From NCBI GenBank assembly GCA_976551045.1, contig CDPCPM010000013.1, positions 16,802,001 through 16,866,000 of the forward strand: a DNA stretch of 64,000 bases, read 5' to 3'. Each line of letters begins with the position of its first letter. Within the stretch, counting starts at the first letter, position 1. A program made the position numbers and the translations under genes. The notes beneath the pieces are model-generated. The model was given only the letters and a program-made list of their open reading frames with translations, did no database searches and was not told the origin of the DNA. Shown here in pieces: positions 40,685 to 54,371 of this stretch. Origin of the DNA: Glaucostegus cemiculus (lineage: Eukaryota).

Positions 40685-40936
40685 TAATTATTTTATTTAT
40701 TTTTTATTTTATTTACAGCATGGTAACAGGCCCTTTCGGCCCAACGAGTCTGCCCCGCCCATTTTAAACCCCCAAATTAACCTACCCATACGTCTTTTAG
40801 AATATGGGAGGAAACCGGAGCACCCGGAGGAAACCCACGCAGACACGGGAGAAGGTACAAACTCCTTACAGTCAGCGACAGGAATCGAACCCCAATCACT
40901 GGCGCTGTAACAGCGTCACACTAACCGCTACGCTAT
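40685..40936 (-). mobile_element. Young V-SINE, short CR1-tail subfamily
   Basis: Closely matches 22128-22370; (TTTTA)n tail and ttacagcatggtaacaggccctttcggcccaacgagtc. Confidence 0.92.
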
Positions 40937-43158
40937 ACTTAGTCAGGAACTTTGCATAATACTATGCAAAAAAAGAGAAAAATACAACTCAATTTTACCT
41001 AGAGTTTATTGCATTGCAGATCTTTCTGTGATTAAAATGAAGTGGAAGGGAAGTTGGACAGGGCACTTCTGTGCACCAGATTAGTCCGGCTAACTCCTTC
41101 TCACTGTTGAAAACACATCAAATGATGTAATTACTCGTGTAATGCCCATTCACATCTGCATCAACATAAATTGGAAGAGGGAGCTCTATACTGTGAAATA
41201 CTCCATACGTATAAAACAATGCACATATTAAAATCAGCTATCACAAGTTCATGTGCATAAGCTAACACCACACATTATTCATGAAGCACAACTTTGCCTC
41301 CAAGGCAGGACCCCTTAAATCCCATATAAACCACAGGGGCTGCTTCATAGTAAAATTGTCCTTGAGTGTCAAAGGCCTGGAAATGCAGACTTTAGAAGTC
41401 ATCTGTTGGAAGAGAGGGCACTCAGGGCAAAGATGGAGCTCAGAGAGAAAAAAAAAAAGGTAAACAATTTAATAAATAAAAGCCTTTATTGATGGAATCT
41501 TTACTGTTGGACCTGATCTCTTCCAACCATTTCCTTCTTCTTCTATCATCAGGGCAGGACTATGTAGAAGCAGTGGGAAATCTTGAGAGTTGCATACTTG
41601 ACATCATTCAAAGTGAGCCCTGTGATGAATTACACATGGAAGTCTACAACTGAATACCTAGAAAGAATTCCATAGCATAAGAAATAAAAATGTTGAAACA
41701 TGTGATTGGATCTTTGCAAACTGGTCAGAACATTCAAATGGCATGTTGTTTTTATATTAAAAAAAACTGCACCAAGTGCAATAGCAACTTAAAATAAGAT
41801 CAAATTCAAATATTTTCTGGGAGGGATATCCTTGAGCAACAATGGCAATGCACAATTAATCTTGGACCTGCAATAGTTTGGTGAGGATTACGTGTGGAAC
41901 AGTTAACACCTAGTGGTGAAGAGCAATCACATGACTATCCACAAGGTATAGGTTGCTTTCAGTGTACTGCCTTTTTTGGCATCAGTTTCAGAATGTTGCA
42001 AATATTCTTTGTATAACAATAAATCTGCAGTTTCTGTCACCGTGCAGATAGAAAGAGTGGCAAGTAGTAACTTTCATCGCTCCCACCTCATTTGGTCATT
42101 TAGCAAGCAGAAGGCTGATGCTCTGCTACTTTATCACTTGCCCACAGACTGTGTTTTCTCTCTCTATATCAGGTTTCCCATTGCTTCATTAATGCTGCTG
42201 AATCTTTCTTGCCGCTGAGCCACAGCCAAGGTAGACAAATATCCAAAATTGACTTTGAACTTGGATAAATACTGAAAATAAAGTTAATTTCCACACAAGT
42301 CAAGCACTGTTTAAATAAGCAGATTTAGAAAGACTGGATCTTTACTGGTATGTGTTCATCCTCTGATATTCCACATTAGCAAAAATTGCACAAGACAAAG
42401 AAATTCAAATCCAACATCCTTGGTGAAAAAACTAATTGGCTATTGTGCTGAACAAAAAGAAAATGATACAAATGCACAGAATAAATAAGCATTTCAATCT
42501 TATTCCGTGGAAACACAAAATAATTGTCTCATACCATTAAAGAGCACTCAATTATTTGTTTCAATTGACAACACATGTTTAATAGAGACATAAGGACTTT
42601 CAGTAATAAGGAAATAAAATGCCAAATGTATAATATGAATAACTGTGTGACATGCTAATTTTTTATTATTTGTTACCAAATTTTTAAAAAGCAATTCAGC
42701 ATTTTTGCATAAAAATTAAAATAAAGGTAAAAAGGAACTTTTCTTTCACAAATTGTTTTAAAAATTGGATCTCTCAAGTATTTTGTTATCAATGGAATGA
42801 AAACTTTCATAGTTTTGACAATTAAATTATAGTTCAGGACAACATAATTAAGTATGTTGTTTCTTCATGAATAGCTGCTGAAAGAATTAGATAAGCCAAC
42901 CCATCAATTTTGATGACTATTCTATTTTATAAATTACAGTTGCCTGCAACTTTCCAAATAATTAATCATTTCTGACTAAAATCATTTTTTGCTACAACTT
43001 TGACTGCCCATTATCAGTTTAAAGACACTAAAAGCAGTTCATAACAAGAACCAATTAAAAGTCTAGATGAAGGTACAAATTATTAAAACACTGACATGCC
43101 TATTTGTAACCAAAGTAATTGTTATGTGTATGTTGTTGTATTTGTATGGTGGAGAAAA

Positions 43159-43197
43159 GGAGAGAGAGAGAGAAAGATAAAAAGAGAGAGAGAGAGC
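43159..43197. repeat. Interrupted (GA)n microsatellite
   Basis: ggagagagagagagaaagataaaaagagagagagagagc. Confidence 0.8.
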
Positions 43198-46100
43198 ACG
43201 CAAGCGCAAGACAGGAGGAAGCCTGAGAGCTGCAAATTATCACTTCTATATCAATTTACATTACCCAACTATTGTGATGGCCAAAACATATATGGATTCT
43301 TTCAAAACAAATTTGCTTTGAATTTGTTTTGAAAGAATCAAAACAAGTTAGTATTTTAGTATTTATTTACTAAATACTAAAAAGAAATACTTCTTTTAGT
43401 ATTTCTCCTTTGGGTGTGGACATAAATTACACCACAGATCTTCAAGACTTTGCTGGATTTTGTTAAATAGCCACAATTTCTTTCACAGATTCTTTTCAAC
43501 TATACAAATTAACAAAGAATTTGTCATCTTTTAATGCCTTATTTCTTCCTTCAAGCTCAGCCTCCAATACAGTCAATAAAGGAAAAAAGTATTAAAGGAA
43601 TCTGAACAATGATTAGCTGAATCCCTGATAATTAATTTTCTAATCTCTATCCATTAAATTTTCAAATATCATATTTTGTGATTAATTAAGCTGTAAAAAG
43701 TGGAATTCAAACCCACAATGCTCCACATACACGTATTTGTCAAATCACAATTATAAACCAAAGGCAACTGAAGGACTTGAGTTGTTAAACACTCTTGCCA
43801 CTCATCCAAAATGGTACAAAAGATGCAAAGTTCAAATGTTGAATGATCAACAATGAACAACATTTCATATTACTCCTGACAATTGGTAAAAAAAATGATT
43901 AAATTTATTGTGCAAAGTGACATTCTCTGTATGATTTAACTACCTTATCTGCTGAATTGAAGGTTTAAACCCACATTTACAAAATGATACTCTGCAACCA
44001 CACCCATATGCATGATTATAGTGTAAAAGCCCCTTCTAATCCATTGAAATATACAAAGCTCACTTCAGCCAATGCAACTAATTTGAGATTTCTGCATTAG
44101 CACTCTGAAAATTAGAAAATAAAATCAAATGGTATGAAATAAGCTTCGGGTGGGTAAACATATCAGCCCAAAGCTGGAGGTATAAAACTGTCATTATTGT
44201 CTCCATGCTCTGTTCCATGGTTAAAAAACTATCCATGCACTCCTATTTAGTTTATTTTGTGGTGTTATTATAGCAAAATAGACAGTTTAAATGTTTATAC
44301 CAGAGGAGTACCTTCTATGGATGACATTTGAAACTAAATAAATGCAATATGCTAAGATTACTCTGTTATAATTTTTCTCCCCAATTCTACTCCCTACTTT
44401 CAAACCCCTTGTCAAAGGTGTATTAGTGACCAACTGAAGCTGAAACAGTTACAGCAGTGTGAAATGCAAATGAGAATGTCCTCCTTAATTTTTTCAGCAA
44501 AATATTGCCATTTCAGAAGATCTATTGAACCATATCTGCCAGCTTCAATTTGCAAATGGCTTTGAACATCTTGCAACTTGGACTATAAAGAAAGCTTTGC
44601 TTAAAATGAGAATGTTGATTAGTTTTACGGTGTCTGCACTTCCGAATTTAATTGAAACTTTAAGAGTATCTTTGGAAGCAGACAGCCAGACACTTCAACA
44701 ATATAGGTTGTATAAGGGGCTTGACATTTGACAGTTTATGCTTCAGATCTCAAAATAATTTATAAATAGCTCTGTCACTCACTTTTGCACTAACAAATGT
44801 AATGTCAACACTCCAAGCATCAATCATGATTGTAATTGTCAAAATGAACCTAAGAATATAAATTGCGGCAGAATTCAGTTTAATTCAAAAAAATCTACAT
44901 TTTAATTTTCCATGCTTGAAGCTCAACGAAGGCTTACAACATAAATAGCTAAGATAAATAGATTTGAATTTTTAAGACCATATCTATCCACTCAATGCAG
45001 ATATTGACTGCAATATATATAAAATATATATAAATGTCTTTGAAATCTTTAGCTAATTTAAACATGAAGAATGAATTTTGAAAGGTTTCTCTTACACTTC
45101 GGCTAAATTTGATAACTGAAATGTATGGTTTGTCAAAGATCCATGGCATTTTCAATTTCTAACATAAGCTGCAAAATAAGGAATATTTCAACAATGCATC
45201 ACGATGAAATACTTTTCAGGATAAGAGTACAATAGAAACTGGAAATAAAATAATAGATTTTACTACTGTACTGCTATAGTCAGAATAATGTACAGTGCAC
45301 TGAAGTACTACCAGGTATCACACATTAAAGGTGCAAAATTTACTGGTGCCAAGACTAAATTATAAAACATTATTAATAACCTCAGATGATGTTGAAACAA
45401 GAGCTTTTCATGCTGCGGTAGCTATAAAGATGTTTTCTGAAAATATTACACATTAGCCTGATCACATTTCTGTGTAACTCTTGCCTAGGCAGAGAGACGA
45501 TGAGATTTTGTATTGATTTGGTTTTGCTGATAGTTCCTTTGTATTGTGCAGTGGGGGGATACACAAATTCTAAATGAGGATGTGGTCAGGCAGAGGCATA
45601 TACAATAGTAGAAATAAAGATATAGTCCCAAGAAAAAAAAAGTTGCAACACTGAGCTGAGATAGCCATAAAAAGTGACAAACCAGTGCCAACAAATCCAA
45701 GACACATTTGCAATGATGCTGATGTCCACATTTTCCATTTACTGTTGATAAACAATAGGGCCAAGGTGTTAGTTAACAGGGATGGACTATACTGATTGGG
45801 GTGCAGGAAGATTTGCAGACAGAAAATACTATCAGATGTTATGCCTTTTGTCATTGTCAGATTCTCTGCTGAGGAATTAGCAGGATTAATGTTCCAGGGA
45901 GAGGGTGTATTGATGGGGGAAGGTGGTGATGTTTGAATGATAGTGGATTTGTTATCCAGAATGGGGTGAGTGGGGTGTTTGGTTGGGAGAAGAGTAGGGA
46001 GAGAAACAGGAAGTGGATAGGTAGTTTGAGAATAAGCAGAATTTAGTGGGAAGCAGCATTCTGTCTCGGACCCATAAGGTTCTTCCTAAAGTTGTCCTTT

Positions 46101-46892
46101 CCTCCCGTCAGCTGCAACATTTCCGCATGACTAGGAGACCTGGCAGGCCACTGATCAATCTTGATAAGCCAATAAAACTGTTTGCACAAATGCTGCCAAC
46201 CAAAATTGCCAATCTTCCTCCTGGCTTATTACTTCCCCGCATTAAAGATAGTTTGAGATGTTTAAAATTTTAACCACTGATCTGACCCCAACCCACCTGT
46301 TTTTGGAGGTTGCATTATAACCTGGGAGCACAAACATTCTGCCAATCTTCATGTTATTACTTCTGGTTCCACCAAACCCCAGGCTCTCTATTGAAAATGA
46401 TGTCAGATAAATGAGAAACTAGATGATGTAAATACCACATTAAAATATTGTCCTTTCAATACTCCCAGCTCTACATAAATAAAGTTAGCCAAGACAGAGG
46501 GTTAGTGGTTTTGCTTTAGGGACATTGATCACATTTGGATGTAAAATATATTTTCCTTTAAAATAGTAATCAGTTTTTTTTTCCAACAAGACAATGTGAG
46601 AGGGGGAAGAGATTGTGATTCTTCTGTGGTAAACTAAAAAATTCTTCTAATTGCTTGAAGGTTTGACTCAATATGCCAGCAATATTATGACCACATAAAA
46701 ACTCATCTTTGTGATAATCCATCGAGAAACCATGAGAGAAAGGTCAGTCTTGATTCTTTTTAGAGCACACAGGAATTAGCAGCAAAGAAAACATTCCAAT
46801 GTACAAAACTGACAACCAAGCTGTGTTAAAAACTATTGTGCGTGTGACAGGCTTCTCATACAAAATGGACAATTTGAAATAATGGGACTTAC

Positions 46893-47207
46893 CTGTCTTG
46901 GAATTAATAGAGAAGAAATTCTGAGGGTTTCCACTGGTAATTTTAAAAGTCATTTTATCACTGGAACTGGAATCTGGATCATAGGCCTGAATCTGAACAA
47001 TGGGGACATCCTTGGGAGAGTTTTCCATGACTGACGGGTGGTAAATAGGTTGAGAAGATATAGGTGCATTGTCATTTTCATCTTCAACCTCAATATAAAT
47101 CTCAATTGATGAAAATAATGGAACTACTCCACGATCTGTGGCATAGACAGTAAGCCAGTAGGAAGCAGTTGTTTCACGATCTAGTATGTCAGCTGTAACA
47201 ATTAAAC
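46893..47207 (-). CDS. FAT3: Internal coding exon (315 bp, phase 1-1) of a FAT atypical cadherin, most similar to FAT3; spans parts of two adjacent cadherin repeats
   Basis: Translation (G)[104 protein letters not shown](G) contains the cadherin motifs LDRE, AxDxG, DxNDNxP and AxDxD. Minus-strand acceptor tttctttctttcattgattcctatcttag|G (AG at 47209-47208); donor ACAG|gtaagt (GT at 46892-46891). [20 protein letters not shown] and GNPQNFF match my recollection of FAT3 better than FAT1, so the paralog call is from memory. Confidence 0.9.
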
Positions 47208-47601
47208 CTAAGATAGGAATCAATGAAAGAAAGAAATAGGTTACAATGGTGTTTGATACTCACATTTACCAAGCCCCATAATACATCAACAATAATTCTA
47301 AACATCTTAATGATGATACTTACGCAGTGTAATATAAAATGGGTTAAAGAATTAGTTTGATACACAATAAATGCTTATTGATTTTAAGCAATTTGTTCTT
47401 TTCACTTTATTCAATATTTTATTATCTAGTTACAATACAAATCTATCACGCAACATAACCCATCCTGAAATAGCATGCACAATAAGATATAAATTGCTAA
47501 TTATTGGTCTTGATCATCCAGCATGAATTTTATTTTAGTAGGTCCAGGGAATCCAGGTCCTACTAACCTAATGTTAAAGTTACAAATTTGATCACACTTC
47601 A

Positions 47602-47692
47602 CAGAACTCCTCGTAGATAGCGGTGGGAATTGAACCCCAATCGCTGGCACTGTAATAGCATTACGCTAACTGCTACGCTACCGTGCTGCCCA
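47602..47692 (-). mobile_element. V-SINE 5' (tRNA-head) fragment
   Basis: gggaattgaaccccaatcgctggcactgtaatagcattacgctaactgctacgctaccgtgctgccc. Confidence 0.85.
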
Positions 47693-47967
47693 CCCATTCT
47701 TACATTAGTCTTGACTGAAACAATTTAATTTCTTTTTACTTGAAGGTATTTAGTGGCTAGGATACAAATATTTATGCCCACATTGCTGAAATTCAACCCC
47801 AATAGTTAAAACGGAAGTAAAATGAAAGAAACAACAGAAGGAAAACATAGTGTCCTGTGACATAGATACACCGCAAAAACCAATGGGCTTTTCTGCCTGG
47901 TTGTTTGGCACTGGTTCATAGAACCATTTACAGTTCCTGAAGTTAAGGCCACAAATAGCTGAATATC

Positions 47968-48375
47968 ATTAACAGAAACGTAGAAAAATAGGAGCAGAAA
48001 TATGCCATACGGCACTTCATGCCTCCTCTGCCATCCAACGTGAATATAGCTGATCCTCTGTCTCAATACTATGTTCCCGCTCTCTCCTCAAACCCTATGA
48101 TACTTTTATGGTGTCTTGAAATCTATCTATTTCAATTTTAAATATATTCTGTGACTTAATCTCCACAGTCCTCTGTGATAGTGAATTCCACAGATTCACC
48201 ACACTCTGGGTGAAGACATTTTTCCTCCTGACCTGAGTTTTTAGACCACCTCCTGCCCCCAGCCAGCAAAAACATCCTCCTTGCATCCACCTTGTCAGGC
48301 CCTGCCAGAATTTTACATGTTTCAAGATCTCTTCTCATCTTTCTAACTATAGTGTTTACAGGCCTGTCCTCCCAC
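47968..48375 (-). mobile_element. Old CR1 3' fragment
   Basis: MRRDLETCKILAG.DKVDARRMF and RKNVFTQSVVNLWNSLSQRTVE; tail near 47970-48010. Confidence 0.85.
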
Positions 48376-49379
48376 AACTGCAGATATGCATTCATCAACC
48401 TAAATGCAACAAGTTTACCAGAATCAGTGTGGCGTAGAATGTGACACATAAAGATGACTGACATAGATGCTGTGTAGGCATATAGATCTACTATAATAGT
48501 TGAGACTCAATATATCAAAATGCAATGAGCTGAGGAAAGAAAAACATTAAAACAAGAAATCAGTACATCAATATTTCTTGCCCTGGCCCAACCTATTCTC
48601 TTGCATTCTCCAGTCTCCTATAGTCGTACCAGCCATGTACATACTAATACTAAGCTCTGTCTAATATTACCAAAGAAAGACTGCTAGTTAATTGATGTAT
48701 GTCTGAAAGTGCTTCAGAGCCAAAGTCGTACTTCTGTAAAGTTGTTATTGTTGTAATGCAGGTAATGCCAATTCTTGTATGTCATAGTCCTCTAGCAGCA
48801 ATGTAATAATTACCAGAATATCTATTTTGGTAAAGTGTGTTGATGGATAAAGTTTAGGCCAGATACTGGAGAGCATTTCCCTGATCTTCAGACTCAGAAA
48901 TGAGTGAGCTATAAACTGAAGCATAGCTGGTTTCAAGTACTTTGGTAATCTCTGAAACTTCTCCAGCAGTTGCACCACATCATACCCCTGCCTGGTTTCA
49001 AAAGACTCTTGAACTTATTTCATTCCTATCCCCTCTCTTCTTGCTCAGTGTCCCTGTTTCAACCATTGTTAAAAAAAAAGATACTTTTCCTAGGTGAATA
49101 ATACAACGTTAAATGTTTGCAACTTTGCATTCTGCTACATTGGTGTACTGTTGTTCTCTCTGAAAAAGCAGGAGAGTAGGTCAAAACCAAAACTTTATCT
49201 GTGTTTTCATGTACAACTGGGCACACCCATTTGCATTTGATGAGGTAACTGTATAACAAGCCATCTACTCAGAGATTTTGTTTCCCTATGGTCTTAAGAA
49301 CTGTTGTACTGTCTTAAGGACCATTATTCAGTTTTGACACTAAACCATAGCTTGAGCTGTTCTCAAGACTTGGCATAAA

Positions 49380-49590
49380 ATTCACTATTTCAAGGGTGAG
49401 CACAGAAGTATTTGAGAAGTCCCAGTCAACATGTATCCCTCAACCAATATTCAAACACTTTTATCTGTTCATCATTATATTTCTGTTCATGGAACCTGAG
49501 CTTGCATAGATTTGCTGTAACATTACCTAAAGTATATCAGTCAGTACCTTTCAAAACAAGAGATCATGAAATGTGATATATAAATGGCTC
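49380..49590 (+). mobile_element. Deu-domain SINE relic (SacSINE1-like)
   Basis: gtcccagtcaacatgtatccctcaaccaatat...ttatctgttcatcattatatttctgttcatggaac...catgaaatgtgatatataaatg. Confidence 0.6.
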
Positions 49591-52462
49591 CAGTAGCTCA
49601 TCTACATATTAATAGGTCTTTCATGAGATGGAGGTTAGAAAGAATAGGAGATTTGCCTGATCACAAGGATATTGAAGGTGTTCAAAAATTATGTTTATAG
49701 TTTTTTTTTGCTGTTTCATGGAAAATATATTATTTTCCTCATCCATGACAGAGAGCTTGATTTGTCAACAGTTGCACTTCAGACAGAGGAAAGCAGCTCT
49801 TCACCTAGGATATCAAATTGACAGGTATAAGAAAACTAATAAGCATCTTTCCTTCTTTGCCAAATAACTCCATTACACCAAAATGACCCTCTTTAAATAA
49901 ATGCAATCGAATTCAAGATTTATGTTTAAATATCCTTGTAGGCTTCAGGTATTGGTGTAGCCCCTTCAAAATTTATCCCCTTCAACATTTTAACAAATTG
50001 CTTTTAGGTCACTCACCATGATATATAAATTATTAACTGTTACTGTCATGCAGAACACCTAATGGAAAATAGCTAAAATGTTCTGGAATGCCTCATTTTA
50101 TTTGAATTTGTTTCCTCCAAATATAACCCTGGAAAAAGTTAACGACCTTGCATTTTGGTGATTTTCATTATTTTGGTGGCTAATGCTGATTTTAATGGGG
50201 AAAAATTTGTAAAGTGAAGTATCCTTTACATTATTAGACAAACATTTAAAATGTTGCTTCAATCAATATCTTCTGTTACTGAAAGAGGAGTTGGACCTCA
50301 TTTTATTTAGTTGGTTAGTACTGCTATTAAACATCAAAGGAGGTTGATATGAATCTATGAATCATTAGTATTCCATCAACTGTTATTTTCACGCCTTAGA
50401 TTTAATATTACTTTTAGAAAATTAATCTTTATTTGTTTCATTAAGCTATTCCTCTGTGACGGTGAAAGAAAACATTATTGAAAGGTGGATGAATGGAACC
50501 TGTTAATGTTCTAGTGCACACCACTAATTTGACAATGCATCAAAGCAATTGCAATAAACGTTGGAGAGGATGGCTAACTTTCGACCTCCAGATGTGGAGC
50601 AATTTTTTATCCGCTGTCGTACTTTTTAAAAAAACAGCACTAATCTAATTTGGTCATGCTTGGCATAAAAAAGGAATTCAATTACGCCAGAAAGTCACCC
50701 ATGCTTCACAGAGGTATGTCTGTATTCTACACTACTTATTGAATAAAATCTTATCTGATTGAAAGCAATCTTTTAATCATTAAGGTTTGTGGTAATTGCA
50801 AGATTATACTTAACAAATATTTAATTTAAGAAAAAACACAATAAATATTTTTAAAAATCCAAGTGAAAATACCCCCCAAAAATTGTAGGGTAAGTGCTAC
50901 ACCTACTCTCCCAGCACGTGCAAAAATTAAAGTTCATCCACAAATTATCAGCAAGAGCGTTAGTAAATAACTCGAGCAATGTGTTTAAGTTCATTACCTT
51001 CACCAAGGCTCATTCTGCAAAATAAAGACAATACTGACATTGCTAAAGACAAAGTACCAGGCAGCAATTAGAAAACAGAAAAAAAAAGATCAGTTCCTAA
51101 AGTCTATAACTGAACTCTGCTAGCCTACACAATGTTCCCACAATTGTGCCGAGATAAATCTGAACACTACTTGGAAATATTCACTTTTTTTTTTACAGTT
51201 TCCTCATTTAATTGTATGCCAGCTGTAAACAAGAGATAAAATCATCAGAAAATAAATGCACAAAAAGCAGGAAAATATGAACCCCAAATCAGGTGACCAA
51301 AATATATGAGGAGGTTTATAATATAATCTTGAGCATATGGTTTCCAAGTACTTTTTAATAAACTACAGTAAAATATTTGATATTTAGAAATAGTGATCTA
51401 TGGAACAGATTTTCCATAAACAGATATTTTATACATCCATACAAAATCTATACTTTCTGATCACTGTTGTGCCTCAGGAACTTCAAGAATAATTTATTTT
51501 TTTTAAAGAGAAAGTAACAAGGCCTTTCTTCTCTACAAAAATAGTTATATTTCCAATGCAAACCAACTTTAGGTAAAAATGACCGATGGGTAATCGTTCA
51601 TGTATTCCTGGTGCAATTCACTGAATTCTATCATGTTCTAAATTGTTTATGTTCTTATGCCCAAGGCTGCTAGGCACATTGCGCAGTTGGAATGTACACT
51701 TGGCATGAGTGTGGGCAAATTGAAATGCTAGTGTGTGGATTGTGAATAGCATGGGCCATGATAGCAGGTGGAGACCTTTACCTGTTACACAAGCTAAAAG
51801 CCACATTCCTACTTGATGACTTGATTCCTCCAGAAAATCATACTACTGTCACTTAAGTCTTTAAATGCCTTTATGCTGCAGGATTCCAACAATCATTTTA
51901 GGAGCGCCTGCCATGGCACCAGGTCATTCTTTTAATTCTTCCATTTTTTGTGCAACCTTTGAAATAACACATGGTTATCATACATACCTGTATTTAAGGC
52001 CTGTGATACCCAATGGTTAAGGATATGCCACCTTGAACATCATACAAGTTCGGAAATTGTTCCCCATGACTTGCAAGAAACTAGCATGGGCAAGATAGTT
52101 TTTTGCAGTTTAAGTGTGTATTTGTATTAGAATTTCTAGGCAAGTATTTCCGATAATGCAGTACTTTATCAGTAATGCAGAATATCAGACTGCACTATAC
52201 AATTAAATCTTAGACAGAGACTTGGGCTCAGACTCATATCACATAGACCCAAAAGTGACATCATTGAGGTAATCTTAAATTCATAATTTTGAACTGAATG
52301 CTTGAACTTTTGTACATGGGAAGTAGCTCCCAAGACATCATAAGACTGCAAAAGCTACTATAGAAATGCAAGTTCTTTTCTTCCCATTTTTTGGCTTAAT
52401 GTAAGTATTATTGAAGCAGCACCACATATCTTCTAGATCTAATCAAATAATGCATCTGTGTG

Positions 52463-52672
52463 AAGCAAAACAAAATATAGATGCTGGAAACCTGAACCAA
52501 AAATAGAAACAAAAACAGAAGCACTCTGTGGATCAGGCAAAGTCTGTATAGAGAGAAAAACAGAGTCAATAGTTCAAGTCAATGGTCATCCATCATACTC
52601 CTCTGTTGATGGTTTCTCTCTCCACAGAAGCTATCTGACTTGCTAAGTATTTCTAGCATTTTCTGTTTTCAC
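52463..52672. mobile_element. Decayed Penelope-related palindromic element
   Basis: agatgctggaaacctgaa...tctgtatagagagaaaaacagagtcaa / ttctctctccacagaagctatctgacttgctaagtatttctagcattttctg. Confidence 0.7.
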
Positions 52673-53128
52673 TGCCTACATAAAATCTAATTGCTAATTC
52701 CCAAGCCAGCAGGTGAGCCCTTTGCAATTCCTTTACACACTAGTCTGATCAGGAAGGTTTAATGATCGATTTGTGTACAGACTTTGTATTTAGTTCTGGC
52801 TTCTTCAGGTTCTCTCAGGCTTTTTATGCAAACCATAAACAGTAGAAATACAAGCACTGATCCTTGAGGGATTCTACTTCCTACTCTAACTCATATTTTC
52901 AATTGATTTGACTGTTTTTGCTTTATCACCATGGGTTCTCACCTTTTCCTGCTGTCTTGCAATAATGTACAGAACTTTAAAGGGAAATCACTGGTACCTT
53001 TTCAACATGATTGATCTGAAGATGAATTGATGCATTTCAAAACTTCAATAATTTGCCACTTTAATACATTCCTTTTAAAAATGATATAAATTTCAGATCT
53101 CACTGTTAGAAGTTCAGTTAACACTACT

Positions 53129-54371
53129 TATACTGCCGGCTGCTATTCATTGACTTCAGCTCCGCTTTCAATACCATCATCCCACAACAGCTTATCAGGA
53201 AGTTGAGCGCTCTGGGCATCAACACTCCTCTCTGCAACTGGATACTGGATTTTCTAACTGGCAGGCCGCAGTCAGTCAAAATTGGTGAAAACACCTCAAG
53301 CACCATCACACTGAGCACTGGCTCCCCTCAGGGTTGTGTGCTCAGTCCGCTCCTGTTCACCTTGTTGACCCACGACTGTGAGGCCAGATTCAGCTCCAAC
53401 CGCATTGTTAAATTTGCCGATGACACGACAGTGGTGGGTCTTGTTACGAATGACGATGAGTCGGACTATAGAGAGGAGGTGAACCAACTAGCCGTGTGGT
53501 GCCATGACAACAACCTCTCCTTGAATGTGGATAAAACCAAGGAGATGATAGTGGATTTTAGGAGGGGTCATCGTGTGCACGCTCCGCTGACCATCAACGG
53601 GTCTGCTGTGGAACAAGTACGCAGCACCAAGTTCCTGGGGGTGCACATCACCAACGACCTGACCTGGTCCACTAACATTACGGCCCTCACGAAGAAGGCT
53701 CAGAAACGCCTCTACTTCCTGCGGAGACTGAGGAAAGCGTACCCACACCCCTCAGTCATGAAATCCTTCTACAGGGGGACCATTGAGAGCATCCTAACTC
53801 AATGTATCTCTGTTTGGTTTGGAAGCTGCTCAGCTGCTGGGCGGAAGTCCCTCCAGAAGATAGTTAAGGCTGCGGAGTGGATCATAGGTGTCTCGCTTCC
53901 ATCCCTCGCAGACATATACAAAGACCGTTGTGTGAGGAAGACCAAAAGCATAATGGCCGACCCCTCTCACCCCTCCCACCACCTCTTCACAATTTTGCCA
54001 TCAGGGAGGAGGCTTAAATGTATCAGGGCAAGAACGTCCAGGCTGAACAATAGCTTCTTTCCGCAAGCCATAAGAACTGCAAACTCTCTCATCCCTCCAT
54101 CTTCCTTTGTTAACACTAGGAGATGCTAGGTGCACAGAAATGCACCAGCGCTTTAAATGCCCGACACCAGCCCGTTCACTTTAAGATCTATTTATGTAAG
54201 AACTAATGGGTAATGTTTTGTACTGTGTATTCTGCCAAGTGTGTATGTGTCTCTCTGTTGGTTGTTATGTTATTCTTTTTTATGAGACGTGTTCCTGTGG
54301 AGGACGGTATCTCGCTCCTATGCGTACCATGTATGTATATGGTTGTGACAATAAAACTGATTCTGATTCTG
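53129..54371 (+). mobile_element. Very young 5'-truncated Rex1/Babar-clade non-LTR retrotransposon with 6-bp TSD
   Basis: Frame open from about 53131 to the stop at 54129: [16 protein letters not shown]...[13 protein letters not shown]...[10 protein letters not shown]...[15 protein letters not shown]...KFLGVHI...[13 protein letters not shown]...NSFFPQAIR. 3' end tgacaataaa(ctgatt)n; TSD actact at 53123-53128 and 54372-54377. Confidence 0.95.

Noticed and set aside
1-46892. Next small FAT exon (LITTTSRKLDRE-like)
   Set aside because: Not found by eye or in the ORF track. It probably lies outside the window, though a ~60-bp exon could have been missed.
46744-47223. The 159-aa ORF as a standalone gene
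   Set aside because: Cadherin similarity stops at canonical splice sites (47207 and 46893); the extensions are intron read-through.
53203-54129. The 308-aa RT ORF as a domesticated gene, retron or other novel RT system
   Set aside because: It has typical Rex1/Babar motifs, a 5' truncation inside the RT domain, a tandem-repeat tail and a TSD. The listed start is TTG, not ATG.
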